Assembly (NCBI RefSeq): GCF_000175255.2
Contig: NC_017262.1
Coordinates: forward strand, 1,989,774-2,021,773
DNA from: Zymomonas mobilis subsp. mobilis ATCC 10988
GTDB lineage: Bacteria > Pseudomonadota > Alphaproteobacteria > Sphingomonadales > Sphingomonadaceae
Direction: 5' to 3'
DNA: 32,000 nucleotides
The translations under genes and the position numbers were made by a program. This document shows, piece after piece, positions 17,989-26,990 of the stretch (position 1 is the stretch's first letter; each line of letters opens with the position of its first letter). Under the pieces are notes generated by a model. That model was not told the DNA's origin. It saw nothing but the letters and a program-made list of their open reading frames with translations, and did no database searches.

Positions 17989-18501
17989 CTATGCCATGTT
18001 ATGAACATAGCGGGATGTTTCCGCATTTTTCATCAAAAGATTGTAGATCCACGGCGATCCATTGCCACTTTCATGGGTTTCAGCCAGATGATGGCAAGCC
18101 AAATAGGTCATTGCCGGATTTAACCGACGCGGTTCCCAAGCCATAAAATCACTAATTTGTGATGGATCAGTCGGAAAATTTTTCTCACTGACCATCGCTT
18201 TCGCCAAGGTCAAAGCGTCATCAGCTGGCCGCCATGCCATCCAAAAGCTGTCAAAAACGGCGTATAATTTGGCATGGGGGGCAATGGAATGACCATCATC
18301 CTGAAATAACACCATTTCAGAGCCTAAATCATCAATACCGTCTTTGACATCTTCTTTTGATAATCCGGTGCGTTTAACCAATTCATCCATGGAAATGGGC
18401 TGATCGAATTCGCCCCCATGATAGCTGGTTTGAACAAAAACTTGAGCCACAGCCTTACAATTCGCGGAATAGGCAGAGGCTTCTGATGTCTGGTTAACCA
18501 T
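17989..18501 (-). CDS. Hypothetical protein (170 aa), no family recognised
   Basis: This is a clean ORF. ATG 18501 is preceded by AAAGGA at about 9 nt. A possible HTH-like stretch (ISMDELVKRTGLSKEDVKDGIDDL) is present. It stands alone between long non-coding flanks. Confidence 0.6.
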   Translation of the reverse strand: MVNQTSEASAYSANCKAVAQVFVQTSYHGGEFDQPISMDELVKRTGLSKEDVKDGIDDLGSEMVLFQDDGHSIAPHAKLYAVFDSFWMAWRPADDALTLAKAMVSEKNFPTDPSQISDFMAWEPRRLNPAMTYLACHHLAETHESGNGSPWIYNLLMKNAETSRYVHNMA

Positions 18502-18944
18502 AATCCAGATCCTTTCAGGGACAGATAATGATGAAAATGGTTATCCTGATTTTAAAATATTCAAATAATTTCAGATACAAAAGTTCTTCACAAAGATACG
18601 AAATTATCTTTTAAAAAAGACCAAACCATTTCAACATCTACTATGGGGTTAAACGCATGACATGAAATTTAGATCATTTTTTCTCGTTATATATCTATTT
18701 TTTCGCACGATTGGGCGCAGACTATTATCTTGTTATTTAGAAACCCATAATCAGAATTTTTGTTCGCCAAAAACTAGCTATCCCCGTGTAATCAAAAACA
18801 AAATCTAACCGCTCTTCATTTTTCTTTGGTCTGTCCCCATGCCTTGAAAATGGATTTTGTTTCGTTTCCTTACATTCCAGCCACTTGGCTCAAAATCTTG
18901 TCCCTTTTGTTGTTATAGGAAGAACAACCAAGGATATAATCATC

Positions 18945-19790
18945 ATGGGACATATTCTGATTACGGGTGCCGGTAGCGGTTTTGGGAAAGAAATTGCTTT
19001 CCGTCTGGCAGAACAAGGACATGACGTTATTGCTGCGGTCGAAATCCAGCCCCAGATATTTGCCTTGCAGCAAGAAGCGCAAAAACGCGGCCTCTCTTTA
19101 TCAATAGAAAAACTGGACATCACCGATCCGGCTGATCGTGCCAAAGCATGGCAATGGGACGTTGATATTTTACTGAATAATGCTGGCATTTCCGAAGGCG
19201 GTTCGGTTACCGATATTCCGGCAGAAAATCTTCGGAAACAATTTGAAGTCAATGTGATAGGTACAATCTTGCTTACGCAAGGCTTCGCTCGCGAGATGGT
19301 CAAAAATAAAAAAGGCCGAATTGTTTTTATGTCCTCGGTCGCGGGTCTTACCGTTGACCCTTTTACGGGAGCCTATTCGGCTTCCAAACATGCGATAGAA
19401 GCCTTTGCGATCGCCTTGGATAAAGAATTGAAATATTTTGGCATCCAAATTGCAACTATTAACCCGGGGCCTTTCCTAACGGGTTTCAATGACCGGATGT
19501 TTGAAACATGGAAAAGCTGGCGCGACACCCCTGAAGATAGGGTTTTTGACTATAGCCAACTTGCTTTCCCGCATGAACAATTCGACCCAGAAGAGGTTAT
19601 CACAACAACGCTTTCTGTTCTGACGGGAAAAACCAAGCATTATCGCAATCTGGTGCCTGCCCAAATGGAAAAGGATACTGAAAAACAGATCAATCATGTC
19701 TGGGATAAATTGCAAAATAATCCAGAAGGGGGCGCGAAAGATCCTCTGGTGCAGAAAGCCTATCAAATAAGGCCCGGAACGCCTGCCTAA
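18945..19790 (+). CDS. Short-chain dehydrogenase/reductase (classical SDR)
   Basis: ATG 18945 is preceded by AAGGA; the ORF is open from 18885. It has the cofactor motif ILITGAGSGFG, NNAG, the catalytic S...YSASKHA and PG after the active site. Confidence 0.85.
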   Translation: MGHILITGAGSGFGKEIAFRLAEQGHDVIAAVEIQPQIFALQQEAQKRGLSLSIEKLDITDPADRAKAWQWDVDILLNNAGISEGGSVTDIPAENLRKQFEVNVIGTILLTQGFAREMVKNKKGRIVFMSSVAGLTVDPFTGAYSASKHAIEAFAIALDKELKYFGIQIATINPGPFLTGFNDRMFETWKSWRDTPEDRVFDYSQLAFPHEQFDPEEVITTTLSVLTGKTKHYRNLVPAQMEKDTEKQINHVWDKLQNNPEGGAKDPLVQKAYQIRPGTPA

Positions 19791-19952
19791 GACGGTAATT
19801 TACTGCAATTTGGTTTAAAATTAAGAAACAGTATGAAGCAATACGGACATATTTCCATTTTACAAAAATAACAGTTTTTTATAATATCGAACTACAAAAG
19901 ATATCCCCCTTTTGTAAGCAGATAGTTGTAGCTTTCTCAATTCTCTTAATTC

Positions 19953-19981
19953 GGCCCTGCTTTTGCAGGGTCTTTTTTTTG
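19953..19981 (+). terminator. Rho-independent terminator after the SDR gene
   Basis: CCCTGC (19955-19960) pairs with GCAGGG (19965-19970) around loop TTTT, followed by TCTTTTTTTTG. Confidence 0.8.
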
Positions 19982-20063
19982 CTCTCAACACAAAGCAAGT
20001 CTAGCCGATGCCGCTATAGATAGCCGCAGTTGCATGATAAATTTTAAGGAAATAAAATAGGAC

Positions 20064-20139
20064 TGGTGGGCGATGACAGGCTCGAACTGCCGACATCCTC
20101 CGTGTAAAGGAGGCGCTCTACCAACTGAGCTAATCGCCC
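20064..20139 (-). tRNA. tRNA-Val(UAC)
   Basis: The reverse complement GGGCGATTAGCTCAGTTGGTAGAGCGCCTCCTTTACACGGAGGATGTCGGCAGTTCGAGCCTGTCATCGCCCACCA forms a canonical 76-nt cloverleaf. The anticodon stem is CCTCC/GGAGG, the loop is TTTACAC, and CCA is encoded. Confidence 0.95.
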
Positions 20140-20300
20140 TATCGTTTTGCCAGACCCCGATGCCAGACTATCGCGCTTGGTGCAAGAGAAATTATTAAAA
20201 ATTATAGCTTTAGGGCTAAATTTATTCTTACCTGAATGAACGCCAAGGCGAAGAAAAGACATCGGACGCTCCCGCTGCCTAGGGCGGAAGATAGTCTGCA

Positions 20301-20337
20301 TAAAAAAGGCTGGCATCCTGTTTCTATAATGCCAGCC
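20301..20337 (-). terminator. Rho-independent terminator after aguB
   Basis: GGCTGGCAT (20308-20316) pairs with ATGCCAGCC (20329-20337). A6 at 20302-20307 gives a U-run on the minus strand. Confidence 0.8.
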
Positions 20338-20376
20338 TCTTCCAATCAGATCAAAATAGAACGTCTAAATTTTAAT

Positions 20377-21225
20377 TTAGCGGTCTTCGCTAATCCGATG
20401 ATATAATTCTGGTCGCCGATCACGGAAAAAGCCGAAAGCCGCGCGATGTTGTCTTATTTGCTCAATATCAAAATGAGCGACCAAAACGCCGCTTTCATCT
20501 TTGCCAAAGGCTTGCACTAAATCGCCACGCTGATCGGCAATAAAGCTATGACCATAAAAAGATAGCGTAGCTTCCTGACCAATCCGGTTCGATGCGATGA
20601 CAGGCACGACATTAGAAACGGCATGACCAATCATAGCTCGCCGCCACAAACGGCTGGTATCCAGATCGGGATCATGGGGCTCATTTCCAATCGCTGTCGG
20701 GAAAAAGAGCAACTCAGCACCCATCAGCATCATGGCACGCGCCGTTTCAGGATACCATTGATCCCAACAGATACCGACACCTATCTTGATGCCGCCACAA
20801 TCCCAGACTTTAAAACCGCTATTACCGGGGCGGAAATAGAATTTTTCTTCATAGCCGGGGCCATCGGGAATATGACTTTTCCGGTAAACGCCCATAACCT
20901 CGCCATCTGAATTGATCATGGCAAGGCTGTTATAATAATGGGGCGGATCGCTTTCAAAAAAGCTGGTTGGAATAGTCACTTTCAACCGCTTAGCTAGCTT
21001 TTGCATCGCTAAGACAACGGGATGTTTTTCCACTGGCTTGGCGCGTGCAAAACAGCTCTCGTCTTCGGTCGCACAGAAATAATGCCCTTCAAATAATTCG
21101 GGCGGTAAAATAATTTTGGCACCTTGCGCCGCCGCTTCTTCGACCAATACTGAAACACGATCAATATTGGTCTGGATATCATCCGTCAAAGCCAGCTGTA
21201 ATGCCGCTACAGTGATTTCAGTCAT
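20377..21225 (-). CDS. aguB: N-carbamoylputrescine amidase (nitrilase/CN-hydrolase superfamily)
   Basis: The ATG 21225 start (MTEITVAALQ) is preceded by AGGA and lies 11 nt after the aguA stop. Catalytic triad context is present: PELFEGHYF (Glu), YRKSHIPD (Lys), GVGICWDQWYPE (Cys). The product is collinear with AguB as recalled. Confidence 0.9.
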   Translation of the reverse strand: MTEITVAALQLALTDDIQTNIDRVSVLVEEAAAQGAKIILPPELFEGHYFCATEDESCFARAKPVEKHPVVLAMQKLAKRLKVTIPTSFFESDPPHYYNSLAMINSDGEVMGVYRKSHIPDGPGYEEKFYFRPGNSGFKVWDCGGIKIGVGICWDQWYPETARAMMLMGAELLFFPTAIGNEPHDPDLDTSRLWRRAMIGHAVSNVVPVIASNRIGQEATLSFYGHSFIADQRGDLVQAFGKDESGVLVAHFDIEQIRQHRAAFGFFRDRRPELYHRISEDR

Positions 21226-21236
21226 CAGTAATTCCT

Positions 21237-22217
21237 TCAGGCTGGCCATTGCTGGGAAATACAATGGAAGCTGCCACCCCCTGTCAAAATATGACCGGCT
21301 GGCAAGGCGACGACTTTCCGGCTTGGGAATAAGGCTTCCAAGGCTTGAACAATCGCGCTATCATTTTTGGCACCATAAACCGGAACAACAACGACCTTGT
21401 TCCCAATATAGAAATTCATATAGGAAGCCGGAACGACTTCATCATCAATCGTAATCCGTCCGGTTGAGGGGATGCGGGTTACTTTTACGCCAAACTCTGT
21501 CGCGATTTGAGCCGCTTGGTCATAGACTTCCCGATTAGGATCATCCTGATCCGTCGCGATAGGGACGACCAAATGATTTTCACCGACAAAACGAGCAAGG
21601 TTATCGACATGCCCATCAGTATGGTCATTATGCAGGCCTTTTCTCAGCCACAACACACGATCATAACCCAGATCATTCCGCAAATGACGGGCAATATCGC
21701 CCCGCGATAATTCAGGATTGCGGTTTGGATTTAACAGACATTCTTCGGTTGTAACGACCAATCCATGACCATCACCATCAATGGAACCGCCTTCCAAAAC
21801 CCAATTTTTTTCTAAAACGGGCAGGGCTGTATCTTTGGCAAGATCACGTCCAATAGTCTGATCGCCATCAAGATTATATTTTCCGCCCCAACCATTGAAA
21901 CGGAATAAAGCCAGCGCCTTTTTATCACCCTCTTTGACGAAAAGCGGGGCGTTATCTCTCAACCAGATATCACCGAAAGGATGGCAGATAACCTCAATAT
22001 CCGATCCCGCCATTTTTACAGCTTGATCGGCTGCTTCTTTATGGGCGGCAACCAGATAAACTTTTTCCCCTTCGCCCTGCGCTGCAACAGCCTTGGCAAA
22101 AGCAACTACCTCGGCTTGTGCCGGTTCCAAATCTTCAAGCCAAAGAGAAGCATCACTAGGGAAACCGATCCAAACCGCATCATGCGGCATCCACTCGGCA
22201 GGCTGATGGTAAGGCAT
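21237..22217 (-). CDS. aguA: Agmatine deiminase
   Basis: The 326-aa product has MP.EW.PHDAVWIGFP at the N-terminus, DIWLRDNAP, HVDN and a C-terminal GGGSFHCISQQ (catalytic Cys) typical of the agmatine deiminase/PAD family. GAGGAAGAG lies upstream of the ATG. Confidence 0.9.
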   Translation of the reverse strand: MPYHQPAEWMPHDAVWIGFPSDASLWLEDLEPAQAEVVAFAKAVAAQGEGEKVYLVAAHKEAADQAVKMAGSDIEVICHPFGDIWLRDNAPLFVKEGDKKALALFRFNGWGGKYNLDGDQTIGRDLAKDTALPVLEKNWVLEGGSIDGDGHGLVVTTEECLLNPNRNPELSRGDIARHLRNDLGYDRVLWLRKGLHNDHTDGHVDNLARFVGENHLVVPIATDQDDPNREVYDQAAQIATEFGVKVTRIPSTGRITIDDEVVPASYMNFYIGNKVVVVPVYGAKNDSAIVQALEALFPSRKVVALPAGHILTGGGSFHCISQQWPA

Positions 22218-22453
22218 AAGGGAACTCTTCCTCGACAGAATTCAAAGACAAGCGCTTTAAGATAACGGAATAAATAACAAAACAGGAAAAATAAAATCTA
22301 TCTGATATTCGGAAATGTTTCTAGCATAGGCTGTCCGGCTATTGAGATGCATTATTACAACCCGATTCCCCGCAGAAGTAAATTATTTTTATTTTTGAAG
22401 GTTAGATTGCGGATCATTAAAAAAGAGCTTGCCCAGATCATTTTAGGGCTATT

Positions 22454-22599
22454 ATCCTGACATCCTGACATCCTGACATCCTGACATCCTGACATCCTGA
22501 CATCCTGACATCCTGACATCCTGACATCCTGACATCCTGACATCCTGACATCCTGACATCCTGACATCCTGACATCCTGACATCCTGACATCCTGACAT
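22454..22599. repeat. Perfect octanucleotide tandem repeat (ATCCTGAC)n, about 18.25 copies
   Basis: Direct reading gives 18 uninterrupted copies of ATCCTGAC from 22454 to 22597, plus AT. I saw no variant unit. It is intergenic, between the rpsD terminator and the aguA upstream region. Confidence 0.98.
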
Positions 22600-22666
22600 T
22601 GCCCCCATTATATTCTCGCCTTGTTCCGATCGCTCAACGCCTCTTTACCACAACCTCAATGCCCAT

Positions 22667-22699
22667 AAAAAAAGGCCAGCAGAATAACTTCTGCTGACC
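22667..22699 (-). terminator. Rho-independent terminator after rpsD
   Basis: GGCCAGCAGAA (22674-22684) pairs with TTCTGCTGACC (22689-22699) with one mismatch. A7 at 22667-22673 gives a U7 tail on the minus strand. Confidence 0.8.
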
Positions 22700-22725
22700 T
22701 TCTTCTTTCGGGAAAAAACCAAAAA

Positions 22726-23340
22726 TTAACGTGAATAGAATTCGACGACCAGATTCGGTTCCATTTTCACCGGATAAGGTACTTCGTCCAGCGTTGGGAT
22801 GCGAACGAAGGTCACTTTCGTGTTACCATCAGGCAAAACATAGTCAGGAATGTCGCGTTCTGCGAGGCTCTGAGCTTCAAGAACCAGTGCCATTTCCTGT
22901 GCTTTGCTGCCCAAGGAGATTTCATCACCCGGATTTACGCGACGGGAAGCGATGTTGCACTTCACACCATTGACGCGAATATGACCATGGCTGACCAACT
23001 GGCGGGCAGCAAAAATGGTCGGAGCGAATTTTGCGCGGTAAACAATCATATCCAGACGACGTTCCAGAATACCGATCAGATTCTGTGACGTATCGCCCTT
23101 TAATTTGGAAGCGTCATCATAAGAACGACGGAACTGCTTTTCGGTCACATCGCCATAATAACCCTTCAGCTTCTGCTTTGCTTTCAGCTGAAGACCATAG
23201 TCAGAAATTTTGGAACGGCGACGCTGACCATGCTGACCGGGGCCATATTCACGACGATTGACTGGGGATTTAGGACGACCCCAGATGTTTTCGCCCATAC
23301 GGCGGTCAATTTTATACTTTGAACTATGACGCTTCGACAT
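22726..23340 (-). CDS. rpsD: 30S ribosomal protein S4
   Basis: ATG 23340 gives a 204-aa product, [41 protein letters not shown]..., with the S4 RNA-binding domain ([27 protein letters not shown]). The upstream extension to 23412 is not S4-like. Confidence 0.95.
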   Translation of the reverse strand: MSKRHSSKYKIDRRMGENIWGRPKSPVNRREYGPGQHGQRRRSKISDYGLQLKAKQKLKGYYGDVTEKQFRRSYDDASKLKGDTSQNLIGILERRLDMIVYRAKFAPTIFAARQLVSHGHIRVNGVKCNIASRRVNPGDEISLGSKAQEMALVLEAQSLAERDIPDYVLPDGNTKVTFVRIPTLDEVPYPVKMEPNLVVEFYSR

Positions 23341-23520
23341 AGATATAACCTCAATTGCGTTGTTATCAAATTTCGGAATAACCGAAAGACGGATCCGGAA
23401 CCGCGCTGCCAAGTAGAAACTTAGGCGGGCAGGACTACCGCTTCACCGGAGTGCGGAGCCAATTGCGGGATGTCTTATGACGACCGAAAACTTATTCGTC
23501 AAGATTGCAGCCAAGAAATA

Positions 23521-26043
23521 TTAGGATTCGACCCTGTTTCGGCCATTATTTTTGGCCCAGTAAAGCAAACTATCGGCCTTATCGAGGGCAATCGAAATGG
23601 ATTCCTCTGTTGTTATTTCAAAAAGACCAATGCTAACCGTAATTTTTAATTCTGTTTCACCATTTTTAATTACTATTTTCGTGAATTCATTGCGTATCCG
23701 TTCAGCGATATGGCGGGACATCTCAATCGAAGCCGAAATCGCTATGATAAATTCATCGCCTCCATAGCGACCGGCAAAATCTTCCTGACGGATATTATTG
23801 CGAATAATTGAAGCAGCATTCCGCATGACATCATCACCGACCAGATGGCCATAACGGTCATTGATTTTTTTGAAATGGTCAACATCCAGCATTGCAATTG
23901 AGATAGCATTCTCATTCAACAAAGCATCTTGATGCAATTCGCTCAATTTAGCCATCAAGGCTCGACGGTTTAAAAGCCCCGTCAAAACATCCGTATTGGC
24001 CAGTTCACTTAATTGTTTATTCGCCTGCTGCAATTCATGGGTGCGGCCATCAACCAAATGTTGCAGTCGCCTTGTGCGCCTTTCTAGTAAGAAAGTGCGA
24101 AACAAGACCGCCAAATATAAAGCCAGCAAGATCAATGCTGCGACCGCAATCCCAATTTGCCAATGCTCATACCAACGCGGTGCGACTTTAAACAGAAAAC
24201 GCGCTTCTTTCTGATAGGAATGCAGGCCAAGAACTTCTGCCCGCATATGCAGGGCATAATGACCACTCGGCAAATTGGTATAGATGGCCACCGGCGGCGT
24301 ATTGTCCGGTATCCTAATCCACTCGGAATCGATGCCTTCCAGTTTGTAACTATATCTGACATCATTAGGCGCACTATAATCCGACAAGATAAAGCCAACG
24401 CGAAGCGAGCGGGTTCCCGGCGGAATATCGAACATCTGGTCGGTATGGGGCAACAATCCAAAAGGCAGCGTTTTTTCATTCAGATCAAGGGCTGTTATCT
24501 GAATTTTCGTCGCACTATTTCCGCCATTGCCTAATTGGGCAGGCGAAAACAGGATTTGTTCCGGCGCAATAACTGTTAACCCGTTGGTGCCACCGGAAAG
24601 GATTGACCCGTCTTCGGTTAAAACAGACGCTCTCTGGCTAAAATGACCGCTCGAAACATGGTCACGCTGCCCCAAAAAGTGGCTTTGTCTGTTCACGGAA
24701 TCAAAAACCGAAATACCGTCGGGACTGGATGACCAGATATGACCGAATTTATCAACAATCAGACGGTTAATCTCATTCGATGAAGGTTTATTCTTCCGGT
24801 AGATATTATTGAGATTATATCCATTTTTTGTCGGAAAGAGATGGCTAATCCCATTAAAACTACCGACCAACATGCTGTTATCATTGTCTGTAGCGAGAGA
24901 TGTTACAAAACTATGCGAAAAAAGCAGCCGATCGTCCGGCTTTCCTAATAGGTTATTAAATCCAGAGCGATGCGTGTCATGGATACTGATACCATCGGTG
25001 GTTGCAATCCAGACTTCCTCATCTGACCGCACGGCAATGTCTTTGATATGGTCGCCAATCAGGCTGTCTCTGTCATCGATATTATGGGTAAAATGAGTAA
25101 CTTTTTCAGTGCTTCTGTCTTTGACGTAAAGGCCGCTATTCGTTCCGATAAAAAGATTATATTTGGTTTCGGCTAGGGCTGTAATCGTCTCCTTGCCTAA
25201 AATATCATCCATGATAGCGGTCGTTGAAAAATCATTCGGATCAATACGGGCAAGACCCAAAGAACCGGCCAGAATAGCGCCATCCTTTGCCTGTAAAAAG
25301 GCTCTGACCGGCTGCGCCATTTGTAAGCCTTTTAGGCTTATCTTTTTAATCTGGCTTCTTTGTTGGTCGATCATATTGATCATGCCATTTTGAAGACCAA
25401 CCCATATACGGCCTTTTTCATCAGCCAACAGCGCTTCAATCGAATCGCTAATCATGCCGTTTTTATCGACCAGAATATCAGGCAGATTAAAGGCAATAGA
25501 CGGATGGGGATCCCATCTGGATACACCGCGATCGGTTGCAATCCAGATACCGCCATCACGGTCAGCCATAAGGGACAGAATATTATTCCCGCTTACAGAA
25601 TGGTCATTCAGCGGATTATGCGTCCATGTCCTGACATATCCGGTATATTCTTCTCCCGGAGGCGCACATAACTTCCCCTTGGTTCCGGCAGTCCAAAAGG
25701 CATAATCAATAATACCGCCACCCATGGTCGCAATCCAGATATGATTATCCGGCAATTCGGCAAAGCCGTGAATACTTCTGTAATTCAAATAGGGTGATGA
25801 GGCTTTTAACGGTTTGGGTTGATAAAAACGGCCATCTGCAGTCATATAAAGACCACCATGAAAGGCTGATCCAACCCATAATCTATCGTCGCGATCTTGA
25901 TAGAGTGCCGTAATCTGGCTGGTTAAAAGGGTATCTATTTCCTTTTCCGAAGAACGAAGCGCGGTAAAAGCGTCATTCTCTTTTCGGCGGAAAAATAGAC
26001 CATCATTACTGGCAATCCACAGGCGATTATCCTTTGTCACCAA
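23521..26043 (-). CDS. Sensor diguanylate cyclase, distal part: Reg_prop/Y_Y_Y-type beta-propeller repeats, one TM helix, coiled coil, GGDEF domain
   Basis: The 840-aa ORF starts at TTG 26043. It has repeated ..D..G.LW(V/I)G(S/T)..GL.. propeller units, the TM helix WQIGIAVAALILLALYLAVLF, then DVLTGLLNRR ... RQEDFAGRYGGDEFIIAI (intact GGDEF with an RxxD I-site 5 residues upstream). It lacks any N-terminal signal of its own. Confidence 0.85.
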   Translation of the reverse strand: MVTKDNRLWIASNDGLFFRRKENDAFTALRSSEKEIDTLLTSQITALYQDRDDRLWVGSAFHGGLYMTADGRFYQPKPLKASSPYLNYRSIHGFAELPDNHIWIATMGGGIIDYAFWTAGTKGKLCAPPGEEYTGYVRTWTHNPLNDHSVSGNNILSLMADRDGGIWIATDRGVSRWDPHPSIAFNLPDILVDKNGMISDSIEALLADEKGRIWVGLQNGMINMIDQQRSQIKKISLKGLQMAQPVRAFLQAKDGAILAGSLGLARIDPNDFSTTAIMDDILGKETITALAETKYNLFIGTNSGLYVKDRSTEKVTHFTHNIDDRDSLIGDHIKDIAVRSDEEVWIATTDGISIHDTHRSGFNNLLGKPDDRLLFSHSFVTSLATDNDNSMLVGSFNGISHLFPTKNGYNLNNIYRKNKPSSNEINRLIVDKFGHIWSSSPDGISVFDSVNRQSHFLGQRDHVSSGHFSQRASVLTEDGSILSGGTNGLTVIAPEQILFSPAQLGNGGNSATKIQITALDLNEKTLPFGLLPHTDQMFDIPPGTRSLRVGFILSDYSAPNDVRYSYKLEGIDSEWIRIPDNTPPVAIYTNLPSGHYALHMRAEVLGLHSYQKEARFLFKVAPRWYEHWQIGIAVAALILLALYLAVLFRTFLLERRTRRLQHLVDGRTHELQQANKQLSELANTDVLTGLLNRRALMAKLSELHQDALLNENAISIAMLDVDHFKKINDRYGHLVGDDVMRNAASIIRNNIRQEDFAGRYGGDEFIIAISASIEMSRHIAERIRNEFTKIVIKNGETELKITVSIGLFEITTEESISIALDKADSLLYWAKNNGRNRVES

Positions 26044-26768
26044 AAGATCGGTAATATGATGAATGTCCCCCTTATCCGAAAAAGGCAGCTTTTTTCATAA
26101 TGAATAGAATTACTGCCAGCTTTCAGATGTCCAATTCCGGCATCGGAAATAACCCAAAAGCCATTGTGATTATCCGAAGCAATAACTTGGATAGATAGGC
26201 CGCGCCCGGTCGGGGCATCCGAAGATATCGGATCAAAATAATTGGTTTTAGGATCGAAACGGATAACACCCGCTGTTGCCGTTCCTAATAGAAAACCCCC
26301 ACTATTTTGGGGACGCATCGTGCGAATAATACTATCGGGCAAACTATGGGGCTGATTGGCTTGCGGCCTGAATAGCTGGATATGGAGCCCGTCAAAGCGA
26401 AATAAGCCATTCGCAATATTGATCCATATCAAGCCATCCGAATCCTGCATAATTGCATTGACCGTTGTTTGCGGCAGATTCGGGATAGCACCCATGTCGG
26501 TAAAAAAAGCAGACTGGAAATTCTGCCAACCATGCATAGAATCGATAACACCGGGCAAGTGAAAGGTTTTTTCTGCCCGACATTTGACGTCTTCATTCGC
26601 CGAACGCGAAGATATGCCTTCCCAATGAGACAATAGCGGGCGACCATTCGCAAGCATTGCCTGAACTGGTATTCCTAAAAAAAGACACCATAAAAATATC
26701 GGTAATAAAAACCGATAGAATTTTGGCCTTTTCGATTTGCCCGATATTCTCATGTTGAACAGTGTCAT
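26037..26768 (-). CDS. N-terminal part of the same sensor diguanylate cyclase (signal/anchor plus first propeller repeats), separated by a frameshift
   Basis: The 243-aa ORF has the signal/anchor FYRFLLPIFLWCLFLGIPVQAMLA followed by the same propeller repeat texture (DSDGLIWINIANGLFRF, GFLLGTATAGVIRF, NGFWVISDAGIGHL). It overlaps the downstream ORF by 7 nt in a different frame. Confidence 0.7.
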   Translation of the reverse strand: MTLFNMRISGKSKRPKFYRFLLPIFLWCLFLGIPVQAMLANGRPLLSHWEGISSRSANEDVKCRAEKTFHLPGVIDSMHGWQNFQSAFFTDMGAIPNLPQTTVNAIMQDSDGLIWINIANGLFRFDGLHIQLFRPQANQPHSLPDSIIRTMRPQNSGGFLLGTATAGVIRFDPKTNYFDPISSDAPTGRGLSIQVIASDNHNGFWVISDAGIGHLKAGSNSIHYEKSCLFRIRGTFIILPIFW

Positions 26769-26990
26769 GTAATAAAAAACTAAACTAACATTCTATAGAA
26801 AGAAATTTATCATAAATATTTTAAAAAAATAATTCCTTAAAAATAAAATATAGATAAAAAATTGCGGGTTTATTTGATAGTGTTATCGCCTGTTTTCCTA
26901 AAAATAAAAATAAAATTTGTCAAAATTATTCCACCTAATATGATTAGTAGATTTATTCTATTTTGTTAAATTTTGTAACTTTTATTATTT

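Noticed and set aside
18662-18802. 46-aa hydrophobic mini-ORF (MKFRSFFLVIYLFF...) in the long spacer upstream of the 170-aa gene
   Set aside because: It has no convincing SD and lies in AT-rich sequence where such ORFs arise by chance. It cannot be supported from sequence alone.
9500-20139. Genomic islands integrated at the 3' ends of the two tRNA genes (the amino-alcohol cluster next to the 16735-16810 tRNA; the orphan ORF and SDR next to tRNA-Val)
   Set aside because: There is no integrase, transposase or phage gene. I could find no direct repeat of either tRNA 3' end at the putative far boundary; the only match was a 7-nt ACAGGCT near 17926. Accessory origin remains possible but is unsupported by att or integrase evidence.
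20044-20316. 90-aa ORF on the minus strand
   Set aside because: It overlaps the canonical tRNA-Val gene and the aguB terminator, so it is a spurious ORF.
22355-22591. 78-aa ORF encoding (MSGCQDVR)n
   Set aside because: It is simply the translation of the 8-bp tandem repeat read through three units per 24 nt. It has no SD, and the non-repeat tail is AT-rich junk.
22454-22599. CRISPR array
   Set aside because: The repeats are 8 bp and directly abutting, with no spacers, and no cas genes are nearby. This is a simple tandem repeat.
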